From NCBI GenBank assembly GCA_033723415.1, contig JAWVXD010000004.1:64001-128000 (forward strand): a DNA stretch of 64,000 nt, in the 5' to 3' direction. Positions 46,952-56,171 of the stretch are shown here, in pieces. Position numbers and translations under genes: made by a program. The DNA comes from Sulfurospirillaceae bacterium (lineage in GTDB: Bacteria > Campylobacterota > Campylobacteria > Campylobacterales > Sulfurospirillaceae). The notes beneath the pieces were generated by a model. That model searched no databases and was not told the DNA's origin. It saw only the letters and a program-made list of their open reading frames with translations. Numbering within the stretch: position 1 is the first letter of the stretch; each line of letters opens with the position of its first letter.

Positions 46952-48697
46952 ATGAAAGAAATAAAACAGTGGAAAGAAATTATTGATGAACTTGACTACG
47001 CTTACCAACCGATAGTCAGTTTAGACACAGGGAAAACCATAGGTTTTGAAGCTCTTCTACGAGGTGTGGACAAAACCGAGCTAAAAACAATAGACACATT
47101 TTTTGACAAAGCATATGAGAACAATATACTGCATATAGTTGAATTTGCTCTTCGTAAAAAAGCGATCATAAAATTTTTAAAATACAAAAATCCGGCAAAT
47201 ATAAAACTATTTTTAAACTTAGATAATCGGATTATAAATTCAAAAAAATTCGACAAAGGAAAAACAAAAAAATTCATAAATTCCCTGGCTATCGAGAACT
47301 CATTTATTGTATTTGAAATATCTGAGAAACATGAGATAAATTCTTATAAAAACTTTAAAGAGCTATTTGATCACTATGCAAAGCAAGATTTCCAAATAGC
47401 TATAGATGATTATGGTACCGGTTTTTCAAGTATGAAGCTTTTATATCATACGGACCCAGATTATATAAAGATAGATAGATTTTTTATTAAAGATGTTGAT
47501 ACGGATATTAAAAAACAAATCTTTTTAAGGAAGATACTGGAGGTTTCACATCTCTTAGGGCATCTGGTCGTGGCTGAAGGAGTTGAAACGACAAAAGAGT
47601 TTTTGTTTTGCAAAGAGCTTGGATTTGATATGGTGCAGGGGTTTTTAATAGAAAAACCAAATATAGATATAAAAAACTTACCGGATTATTATGACCTGAG
47701 TTCTATTTATCCTTCAAAAAGAGAAAAAACAGAAAATATTGATATTATCAGTAATATTGAGGTATTCCCTAGCATTCACTATAAATCTTTATTTAGTGAA
47801 GTATTTCATATCTTAAAACACAGCAAAAATCACAATTTTTTAGTTGTTGTCAATGACAATGATACTCCTTTGGGAGTCTTGGAAGATCGAACACTAAAAG
47901 AATATCTATATTCTCCCTACGGAAATGAACTTTTATCAAAAAAAAGAATTTGCGATAAGACAGATGAATTTCTAACACAATGCCGGACTACCAACTCAAA
48001 TGAGTCTATTGAAACCATCCTTAACATCTTCAGCTACAGTGATGATTTTTCGTCTATCATTATCAAAGAGAAAGGACGATACAAAGGTGTATTGTCTGCA
48101 CAGAAATTATTGGATATCGTTCATAAAAAACAACTTCTTGATGCAAGAGATCAAAATCCTCTTACCAAACTAGGAGGGAACAGCACTATAATTAACTATA
48201 TACAAAAGTGCATGGATGCTACTACTCCATATCTTCATATATATTACGACTTGGATAATTTCAAGCCTTACAACGATAAATACGGTTTTAGAAACGGTGA
48301 TAGGATAATACTTTTATTTGCAGATATTTTGCGCTCCTTCTGCAATAATGATGATTTTATGATTGGTCATATTGGAGGTGATGATTTCTTTATGTCAGTC
48401 TCAATCGGCACTAGAACACTTGAAGCGACACTGGAATTAGTTGAAAAAATAATCGAAAAATTTTCTAGGGATGTTGTGGCATTTTATAAAAAAGATGATA
48501 TCAAACAAGGTTTTATAGAGTCAAAAGATAGAAACGGCAATGTAAACAAATATAAATTTTTGACAGTCAGCGCTGCCGTACTTGAAGTTAACGGTAAATC
48601 AATCAAATTTAAGAATGAGTATGCTGATATTTTGGCAGAAATTAAAAAAACTGCAAAAAAATCTTCCACACACTATAGTATTTCAACTCTTCTATAA
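46952..48697 (+). CDS. EAL-CBS-GGDEF c-di-GMP signalling protein
   Basis: YQPIV, EALLR, IDDYGTG, IKIDR, AEGVET; central CBS-like region; DLDNFK, GGDDF. Confidence 0.9.
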   Translation: MKEIKQWKEIIDELDYAYQPIVSLDTGKTIGFEALLRGVDKTELKTIDTFFDKAYENNILHIVEFALRKKAIIKFLKYKNPANIKLFLNLDNRIINSKKFDKGKTKKFINSLAIENSFIVFEISEKHEINSYKNFKELFDHYAKQDFQIAIDDYGTGFSSMKLLYHTDPDYIKIDRFFIKDVDTDIKKQIFLRKILEVSHLLGHLVVAEGVETTKEFLFCKELGFDMVQGFLIEKPNIDIKNLPDYYDLSSIYPSKREKTENIDIISNIEVFPSIHYKSLFSEVFHILKHSKNHNFLVVVNDNDTPLGVLEDRTLKEYLYSPYGNELLSKKRICDKTDEFLTQCRTTNSNESIETILNIFSYSDDFSSIIIKEKGRYKGVLSAQKLLDIVHKKQLLDARDQNPLTKLGGNSTIINYIQKCMDATTPYLHIYYDLDNFKPYNDKYGFRNGDRIILLFADILRSFCNNDDFMIGHIGGDDFFMSVSIGTRTLEATLELVEKIIEKFSRDVVAFYKKDDIKQGFIESKDRNGNVNKYKFLTVSAAVLEVNGKSIKFKNEYADILAEIKKTAKKSSTHYSISTLL

Positions 48698-48703
48698 AAC
48701 TAC

Positions 48704-50983
48704 CTATGTGACTTTGTCTCTTCCTCTTTCTTTAGATATATAGAGAGCTTTATCAGCATTTTCTACCAATTTATCTATATCATCATTTTCTTCTAGCATA
48801 GCAATACCGATACTGACGGTAAAATTTATCTTATGCTTTTGTATTACCAAACATTGATTTTTAATCTCTTGTCTAATCCTCTCTGCTAAACTGTGAGCGA
48901 TATCCTTTCGTGTGTTATTTAGTAAAATTCCAAACTCTTCTCCACCTAGTCTTCCAAAGATATCGCTTTTTCTTAATATTGCTGATATTGATTTGGCAAA
49001 ACATTTAAGGACTTCATCACCGACCAAATGTCCGTATGAGTCGTTAATATTTTTAAAATAATCAATATCAAGCATCAGAAAAGATATCGGAGTTTTTTCT
49101 CTTTTGGCTACCTTGATAAACTGATTTGCAATGTCAAAAAAACTTCTTCTGCTCAATATCCCCGTCAAAACATCAGTAGAGGCTAACATCTCTAATTCTT
49201 TGTTTTTATTTTTTAATATCATATTGTATTTTTTAAGTGTTCTTTCTCTTTGCACATATAAAAGTAACAGTATGAAAAAGAATATTCCTATATATGTTAA
49301 AAGTTTATAATCAACCCCTTTATCATATTTTACTGATACCCAGTGATTTAGTATATCTTGTTTTTCTTCTTGTGTAATGCTAGATAAAGCTTTGTTAAGG
49401 ATACTTAAAAGGATCGGTTCATCACTTCTGAGGGCTATTGAGAGATTCAACTTTTCATCAAGTTTACCGGCTATCTTTAATTCACCGTAATAGCTTTTTT
49501 GTAAGTCCTCTCCTACAGCAAATAGCGTATCTATTAATCCGTATAACTTTCCATGACTTACCATATTGAGCCCTTCTTTTCTAGATTCAACCTCTACAAA
49601 CTTCATATTAGGATGGTTTTTTTTGAAGTATTTTATAAAAGGGCTGCCTTTGACGATGCCTATTTTTTTGGATTTTATAGAATTTAAATTTTCTATGAAT
49701 ACTTTATCAAGTTTCGTTACTATCACAAGCGGTGCAAAGATATAAGGTTTTGTCAAATCCAGATTTTTTTCTATCTTGTTTGTTTTCAGTGCTAAAGGCA
49801 TTATATCGCACTTTTTATTCTTTATATACTCCAAAGACTGTTTCCAGTCATCTGTTTTTATGAGGTCGATAGGAGTTTTAATATGCTTTTGTATAAGTTT
49901 CAAATATTCCGAACTTATTCCTGTGAATTTTCCATTTTCTATCATCTCAAATGGCTTCCAGTTTGAAGTGACACACATTTTTATATGCTTCTTGCTTTTT
50001 AAAAAATCTAATTCATCCTTGCTTAAATTCATATCCTGATTTGATAAATTATAGATAAAATCATCTAGTGTACTTTTATCTATATAGTCTCCTGCTATTG
50101 TATATATGTTACTGATATTATTTATCTTATCTTCGTTCATTTTTCCAAAATGTTTGCTGTTTATTTCCAGTAGATCTTTCATACTATTTGCTTCAAACGC
50201 TAATTTTTCATAAGTAAAATGTTGGGTGTTGTATTTTTTTAATATTATATTGATACTCTCATCAAGATGCGCATAGGCATATCTCCATCCTTTTAACGTT
50301 GCTTCAACAAAAGCTTTAACCTGTTTTGGATGAGTTCGCAACTCTTTTTCGGAAGTAAAAAGAATATCACTGTAAAAATCAATACCATAATTTTTAGGAG
50401 ATATCAGATTGTATTGTATTTTTTTTAACCATAGCGTATAAGGTTGATCCGTCTTATAAACAGCGAAAGCATCGACCTTCTTATTTATCAACTCTTCTAT
50501 ATTTGAAGAAAATGAATGAGGTCTTAAGTTTTCAAGATTGACGTTTTTAGTGTAAAACATAAGTTTTATGTATGGATTTTCAAAAAATGCATTTGTTGCC
50601 ATGATCTTTTTGTGTTTTAATTGTTCTATCTTGGTGATATGAGAGCTTTTCAATGTCATAATAGCCAAAGGAGAGTGTTGAAATATAGCACTTAATGCTA
50701 CTATCGGTTTCCCATGAGCTCTTTCTCTGATCAAAGAAGAATCCCCTATACCAAATGTACTTTCACCGTTAAGTACATCGTTGACTATATTTGATCCATT
50801 ATATTCCAATATCTTGACATCAAGTCCTAGATCACTATAAAAACCTTTCTCTTTTGCCACATAATATCCTGCAAATTGAAAGGCGTCTTTCCATTTGAGT
50901 CGTACAGAGACTTTGTCCATAGCACTCAATGTAGAAATACACGATATAGTGATAAGGAGCAAAATAGAAAGGTGTTTTTTCAT
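48704..50983 (-). CDS. Membrane diguanylate cyclase with NMT1/THI5-like and SBP sensor domains
   Basis: Signal peptide; LKWxxxFQFAGYY; second periplasmic-binding domain; TM helix; DIDYFK, GGEEF. Confidence 0.9.
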   Translation of the reverse strand: MKKHLSILLLITISCISTLSAMDKVSVRLKWKDAFQFAGYYVAKEKGFYSDLGLDVKILEYNGSNIVNDVLNGESTFGIGDSSLIRERAHGKPIVALSAIFQHSPLAIMTLKSSHITKIEQLKHKKIMATNAFFENPYIKLMFYTKNVNLENLRPHSFSSNIEELINKKVDAFAVYKTDQPYTLWLKKIQYNLISPKNYGIDFYSDILFTSEKELRTHPKQVKAFVEATLKGWRYAYAHLDESINIILKKYNTQHFTYEKLAFEANSMKDLLEINSKHFGKMNEDKINNISNIYTIAGDYIDKSTLDDFIYNLSNQDMNLSKDELDFLKSKKHIKMCVTSNWKPFEMIENGKFTGISSEYLKLIQKHIKTPIDLIKTDDWKQSLEYIKNKKCDIMPLALKTNKIEKNLDLTKPYIFAPLVIVTKLDKVFIENLNSIKSKKIGIVKGSPFIKYFKKNHPNMKFVEVESRKEGLNMVSHGKLYGLIDTLFAVGEDLQKSYYGELKIAGKLDEKLNLSIALRSDEPILLSILNKALSSITQEEKQDILNHWVSVKYDKGVDYKLLTYIGIFFFILLLLYVQRERTLKKYNMILKNKNKELEMLASTDVLTGILSRRSFFDIANQFIKVAKREKTPISFLMLDIDYFKNINDSYGHLVGDEVLKCFAKSISAILRKSDIFGRLGGEEFGILLNNTRKDIAHSLAERIRQEIKNQCLVIQKHKINFTVSIGIAMLEENDDIDKLVENADKALYISKERGRDKVT

Positions 50984-52017
50984 ATTAGTACTAACGGTCG
51001 CTCTTTTTTTTCACAAATTTCAGCGATAATCGCACTGTATTCAAATCCTTCATCTTTTAATCTTTGCAAAAGTGCTCTTGCATCATTTTGAGATACGGCG
51101 ATCAAAAGACCTCCTGATGTTTGCGCGTCATAGAAAAAGATCTCATCTTTATATTCTGTTTTTACTTTTACCTTGTCTTTGACGTGGGTCATATTGTTAT
51201 AAGTACCTGCCGGTACGATCCCCATATCCGCTAAATCATATGCTTCTTTCAATATAGGTATCGCTTTAAAATCAAACTCTATACTGACCTTGTCGGCACT
51301 CATCTCATAAGCATGTCCGGCTAAACCAAAACCAGTCACGTCCGTGCAAGCACTGACATCATAATCTTTCATGATCAAAGATGGTTTATAGTTTAGTTGT
51401 GACAATATTTTTGCTACCTTTACAACACTAGAGGCCTCAAGCATATCTGCTTTTATCGCTGTCGTCAAAACTCCCATACCTATAGGCTTTGTTAAGATCA
51501 AAACATCACCGATGCGTGGAGTATTATTTCTGTATATCTGTTTTGGATCTACAAATCCGCTAACACTTAATCCATACAACATCTCAGGAGTTTCTATAGT
51601 GTGTCCACCGACTATGACTCCTCCGCACTCTTTTACTTTGCTTTGTCCGCCCTCTAATATTTCTCGCAATACACTTTTTGGATGATTACATCCATCAAAT
51701 CCTACTATATTCATAGCAGTCGCTACGCGTGCTCCCATAGCAAAAACATCACTAAGTGAGTTTGCAGCAGCAATTTGCCCATACACAAAAGGGTCGTCTA
51801 CTACTGGCGTGATTATATCTACTGTTTGAACCAATGCTTTATTGTCATCGATTTTATAAACAGCTGCATCGTCACTGCTATCCATACCTACAAGAACATT
51901 ATCATTTTCACAGTTTAATCCACCAAGCGCTAATGTAAGCTCACCCGGAGCTAGTTTGGCGGCTCAACCTGCGGCTTTAACAAACTTTGTTAATCTTGCA
52001 TCATTGTTTAATTCCAA
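50980..52017 (-). CDS. selD: Selenide, water dikinase; selenoprotein (Sec18)
   Basis: TTG start at 52017 (AAGGA SD) reads MELNNDARLTKFVKAAG-UGA-AAKLAPGEL in frame into the track ORF; DDAAVY, ANSLSDVFAMG, GGHT, TDVTGFGL, QTSGGLL. Confidence 0.95.
51938..51952 (-). promoter_or_regulatory. SECIS-like hairpin of selD
   Basis: AGCTC-CGGGT-GAGCT begins 11 nt after the UGA at 51964-51966; G-rich loop. Confidence 0.75.
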
Positions 52018-52026
52018 ATTTTTTCC

Positions 52027-52617
52027 TTAAAGGGTTATCGTTCCCTCTGAATTGAGTAACATCTCTACCGTACCGTACGCATTACCGATTTTTCCTACTT
52101 TTAACTTATCAACAACATCAAAATACTCTAAACAAACCCCGCATGAATAAATCTCAACACCTTTATCTTCTAAGGCTCTCAACGTCTGTATAACTTCTGT
52201 TTTAGAACAAGCAGTCGTGAGTTTTACGGCCTCATTTACGCATATTATTTTATTTGGCAATTTTGGCAATTCCAATATGGATTTTAAAAATCCCACTATC
52301 AGTTTTTCACCTAGTTCTCCAGTACCGATTTTGTCTGATTTTAGAAAAACGCTCTTATCTAAAAATTTTTGCGAGTTTTCATTTTCTACGACTTTACAAG
52401 CATAACCTTTAACGATAGTTATGATAGTACTTCCATCGCTTTGATCTTCCATCTTAGGATCGTAACCTGCATTTTTTACGAATCTTGTCACATTCTCTTT
52501 AGAAGAAACCGAATTTACTTTAACTTCCAAAATAGAATCGGTAGCCAACTCTTCCAAGGCTTTTTTAGTTTTGAGAACCGGTTCCGGACAAGCCAGATTA
52601 CAGCAATCTATCTTCAT
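52027..52617 (-). CDS. yedF: Selenium metabolism protein YedF (TusA + DsrE-like domains)
   Basis: IDCCNLACPEPV, IGTGELGEKL, YSCGVCLEYF; immediately upstream of selD; start refined to ATG 52617 (GGGAG SD). Confidence 0.88.
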   Translation of the reverse strand: MKIDCCNLACPEPVLKTKKALEELATDSILEVKVNSVSSKENVTRFVKNAGYDPKMEDQSDGSTIITIVKGYACKVVENENSQKFLDKSVFLKSDKIGTGELGEKLIVGFLKSILELPKLPNKIICVNEAVKLTTACSKTEVIQTLRALEDKGVEIYSCGVCLEYFDVVDKLKVGKIGNAYGTVEMLLNSEGTITL

Positions 52618-52798
52618 TCTAATATCTCCCTTTTCCTGCACTTGTTCAGAAAAATTTCTTTCATGAAAGCTTACGCTTTGAGCAGAATATTTCATCCTGG
52701 CAGTCTTTAAATTTTTATTTTTATTTTTCAAATGACAGATAAATTTTGTTAGTCAAAATATTGTCTACCTAAACCTTAGGTCTGTTTTTTTGTATGAT

Positions 52799-52981
52799 TT
52801 ATTTTAAAATACCGTCTACCCATTTTTTAGCATCTTCTATCGTTTCAAATCTTTTACTTTTGGCAACTTGAGTTACTCCTTCGTAAAATCTAACTCTGAT
52901 GCCGTCTTGAACTTCGTCTATCTTGATTCTACTAATCCTGTCTTTATTTAGATAAACTCTGTCGTTTAATTTTATAAACAT
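52799..52981 (-). CDS. Small hypothetical protein (60 aa)
   Basis: AAGGA SD plus ATG; protein-like sequence MFIKLNDRVYLN...; upstream TATAAT. Confidence 0.75.
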   Translation of the reverse strand: MFIKLNDRVYLNKDRISRIKIDEVQDGIRVRFYEGVTQVAKSKRFETIEDAKKWVDGILK

Positions 52982-53183
52982 GATATTTTCCTTTTTAGTT
53001 TATTTTATATCTTCAACACACTAAGTACTATTTAGTGTCTCACAAAATAATTATTGTTTTGTAAGAAACCTGTGCTGCAACGTATTATACAGCACAAAAC
53101 ACCTATAAAAAACAATAAACTTTATTTTATCATGTTTCACGTAACATTATATTTATATTGGCTTAATATAAATATAATAGTAG

Positions 53184-53765
53184 CTACCTCAATGCATTAT
53201 ATATGGTTTCAGAGACTTCATCACAATAAACATCAAGCTCTTCATCAAAAACATGCTCTCCGCTTAAAAATGTCATGCCGCCTAATATTCCGGCTATACT
53301 AGAGAATGCAACAAAAAAGTTTTTTTCTTTGAACTCTCCGCTTTCAACTCCGTCTTGTACATATCTTTGGATTTCATTGATAAAATCTTTTGCTAGAGCA
53401 AACCCGCAATCTTCATCTTCACAAAAAAGCTCCCTGTTTGAAAGATAAACTCTAAAAAAATACTCTATCATCTCAGGATATTGTTGTATAAAACCAAAAT
53501 ATTCTGTGACAAAAAGGTAAATTTTTTCTTTCTGAGAAATTTCTTTGTTATTAATGTAACTAAGACTTGCTGCAAGTTTTTTTGTAACAAATGTTATAGC
53601 AGCTCTTGCCAAGTTTTTTTTCGAAGGAAAATAGTTATAAAAGTTACCTACACTCATACCTATATCTTGTGCGATGTTAGCTATTGTCGTGTTGTAGAAG
53701 CCATTCTTGGAGAAAACTTTAAGTGCAGACGCAATGATCAAATTTTGTTTTTTCTTTTTGTTCAT
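53184..53765 (-). CDS. TetR/AcrR-family transcriptional regulator
   Basis: HTH ALKVFSKNGF...TTIANIA...VGNFYNYFPSKKNL. Confidence 0.93.
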   Translation of the reverse strand: MNKKKKQNLIIASALKVFSKNGFYNTTIANIAQDIGMSVGNFYNYFPSKKNLARAAITFVTKKLAASLSYINNKEISQKEKIYLFVTEYFGFIQQYPEMIEYFFRVYLSNRELFCEDEDCGFALAKDFINEIQRYVQDGVESGEFKEKNFFVAFSSIAGILGGMTFLSGEHVFDEELDVYCDEVSETIYNALR

Positions 53766-53818
53766 TTAAAATTCCTTATCTTGCCCAATTGATTTTATCA
53801 TTTTAACAAACGATTGAT

Positions 53819-53841
53819 AACAGTCTGTGAACGACTGTTCA
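53819..53841. promoter_or_regulatory. Putative TetR operator
   Basis: Overlapping inverted repeats TGAAC-GACT-GTTCA (53828-53841) and AACAGTC-N7-GACTGTT (53819-53839) between divergent tetR and rhodanese genes. Confidence 0.55.
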
Positions 53842-53906
53842 TATTTATTAATTAACTATTATAACTATAATTGGTAAAATTTTTTTTATTTTAAAAGGAG
53901 TACGTT

Positions 53907-54404
53907 ATGAAAAAACTGTTTACGATCTTAGCGATGTTGGTCATCACAAGTTTGACTCTAAACGCTGCTGTATCAAAAGAAGAAAAAGCATTAAAGACAC
54001 AAATGATGTCTGCTTGGAAAGCTGAAGTTGCTTCTGCTCACAAGATTACAAAAGGGATAAGTGATCAGGAATTATTAAAATGGATGAAGGAAGACAAAAA
54101 CTTTATCTTGGTAGATGTAAGAGAGCCTAAAGAAGTTGCTGCCGGCGTGATATTGTGGATGGATTGGAAAGCAATACCAAGAGGTATGGTAGCTCCTGCA
54201 ATAGGTAAAAAAGTAGCTTTAAAACCCACTCAAACAGTAGTTTTTTATTGTAAGCTTGGAGCAAGAAGTGCCCTAGCGGCACAAGAGGTTCAACAATTTT
54301 ACGGATTCAAAGATGTTTACTACCTCAAAGGCGGTATCATGGGCTGGATCAAAAATGGTCATGAGATCAGCAATATGATGGGTGAATTTAAAAAGTCTAA
54401 ATGA
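53907..54404 (+). CDS. Periplasmic single-domain rhodanese (Sud-like sulfurtransferase)
   Basis: Signal peptide; LVDVREP, active-site loop YCKLGARS, LKGGIMGW. Confidence 0.88.
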   Translation: MKKLFTILAMLVITSLTLNAAVSKEEKALKTQMMSAWKAEVASAHKITKGISDQELLKWMKEDKNFILVDVREPKEVAAGVILWMDWKAIPRGMVAPAIGKKVALKPTQTVVFYCKLGARSALAAQEVQQFYGFKDVYYLKGGIMGWIKNGHEISNMMGEFKKSK

Positions 54405-54431
54405 TCAAGTAAGCCGATAAGGCTTACTTGA
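54405..54431. terminator. Hairpin between the convergent rhodanese and wtpB genes
   Basis: TCAAGTAAGCC-GATAA-GGCTTACTTGA, perfect 11-bp inverted repeat. Confidence 0.6.
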
Positions 54432-55197
54432 ATTTATTGTTTACCGTCCTGATAGCCAAAAACAAACATATAGAAACCAATATCATAGCTGCTGCCACAG
54501 GTGCTGAATATTTTAATCCATAACTGTTAAATCTATCAAATATCAAAACCGGAGCAACCATAGGATGATACGCTATGATAACTACTGCCCCAAATTCTCC
54601 AAGCCCTCTACTCCACATCATAAGCGCGCCGTTTATAATATCGTTTCTAGAATTCGGCAATACGATTCTAAAAAAAGTACTAAATTTACTTGCACCTAGA
54701 GTTCTTGCAACATTTTCATATTCTACATCAACTTTTTTGAATCCTTCTTTTGCACTGTTTATAAGAAAAGGCGCGGATAGGAACATCATAGCAGCTGCAA
54801 TTCCGGTTGTCGTATCTATAAATCCAATCCCGAAAAAAGATAGTATTTTACCTACATAGCCATTGTCAAATGCGATCAAAAGTGCAATTCCCGCTGCCGT
54901 ATGCGGAACCATAACAGGTATATCTATGATGGATTCCAAGATAGATTTTCCAAAAAATTCATACCTTGCTATCAAATAAGCAAGAGGAATTCCTGTCAGA
55001 CAAACGAAAAGAACCGCATACAAAGCAGTCTTTAGAGTCAAAAATATTGAAGAGTATACTTCAGCATCTTTTAGTGAATCAACAACTCCAAAAAGCCCTA
55101 CACTCATAAATAATTTAATAAGAGGAATCGTCAAAAACAAAATGATGACAGAAGACAAAAATAGAAACACAAGAATAAATCCTTTATCTTTTATCAT
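54424..55197 (-). CDS. wtpB: Tungstate/molybdate ABC permease
   Basis: DIPVMVPHTAAGIALL, VARTLGA, WSRGLGEFGA; in operon with wtpA. Confidence 0.85.
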   Translation of the reverse strand: MIKDKGFILVFLFLSSVIILFLTIPLIKLFMSVGLFGVVDSLKDAEVYSSIFLTLKTALYAVLFVCLTGIPLAYLIARYEFFGKSILESIIDIPVMVPHTAAGIALLIAFDNGYVGKILSFFGIGFIDTTTGIAAAMMFLSAPFLINSAKEGFKKVDVEYENVARTLGASKFSTFFRIVLPNSRNDIINGALMMWSRGLGEFGAVVIIAYHPMVAPVLIFDRFNSYGLKYSAPVAAAMILVSICLFLAIRTVNNKFK

Positions 55198-56171
55198 ATG
55201 AATGCAATGTCCTTTTTATTGATATTTATAAAATAGTGTTGACCTTCTCTTAGATTTAGATTTCCAAAGATACTTTTATGAATCTTTGCAAAAAAATGCA
55301 AATCTTTAGAATTAGCAAATACTTTATAATGGTCGCTTATACCCATAATAGTATCTATAGTACAAGCAAAATTATAGTTTCCCTCCACAACTTCATTTGA
55401 AAAGCTAATTCGATTCGGATCGATCGAAAAAAATCTGTTTTGCTGATCAAAACCCAAATGAGAAGTAGAAAATATATTTTTAAAACCTAAGAATCTGGCT
55501 ACTTCTATACTGGTCGGTTGATTTAAGACTTCATCGGCTCTTCCTATCTGTAGAATCTTTCCATCTAGTATGATAGCTATATTGTCAGCCAAATATGACG
55601 CTTCTCTAAAGTTATGTGTTACGTGAATTATAGTGATATCATACCTAGTAACTATATCTTTAAGAGACTTCATAATCGAGTTTCTAAAAGTAGGATCAAC
55701 TGCACTTAACGGCTCATCCAACAGCAGAAGTTTAGGTCTAGAGAATATAGCTCTAGCTATAGCGACTCTTTGTTTTTCGCCGCCGCTAAGATACATAATA
55801 TTTCTATCTAAGATATTTTTTATACCTAAAAAATCTATCAAATCGGAAAACAACTCTTTTTGATTTTCTATTTTTTTATATTTAGATGAAAATGTTATAT
55901 TTTCTCGAACGCTCATATTTGGGAAAAGTTTAAAATCTTGATATACAAAACCGAAATTTCTTTTCTCAGGAGGCATATTTGTAATATCTTTGCCATCACA
56001 ATACATACTTCCTTCTATCTTCTTTAGTCCGGCAATTGCTTCTAAAAGCATTGTCTTCCCACTTCCCGTTTTTCCCAAAATAACAAAATAAGAGTTTTTT
56101 TCTACTTCAAAAGAGAGCTTTTGTAAAACAAAGCTCCCCTGTTTTAGAAAAAGATTTTCTATTTTTAACAT
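55194..56171 (-). CDS. wtpC: Tungstate/molybdate ABC ATPase
   Basis: GKTGSGKT, LSGGEKQR, LLLDEPLSAVD. Confidence 0.85.
   Translation of the reverse strand: MLKIENLFLKQGSFVLQKLSFEVEKNSYFVILGKTGSGKTMLLEAIAGLKKIEGSMYCDGKDITNMPPEKRNFGFVYQDFKLFPNMSVRENITFSSKYKKIENQKELFSDLIDFLGIKNILDRNIMYLSGGEKQRVAIARAIFSRPKLLLLDEPLSAVDPTFRNSIMKSLKDIVTRYDITIIHVTHNFREASYLADNIAIILDGKILQIGRADEVLNQPTSIEVARFLGFKNIFSTSHLGFDQQNRFFSIDPNRISFSNEVVEGNYNFACTIDTIMGISDHYKVFANSKDLHFFAKIHKSIFGNLNLREGQHYFININKKDIAFI

Noticed and set aside
52618..52731. 38-aa N-terminal extension of YedF in the ORF track
   Set aside because: The TusA domain begins at ATG 52617, which has a good SD; the extension starts at a TTG with no SD and is not protein-like.
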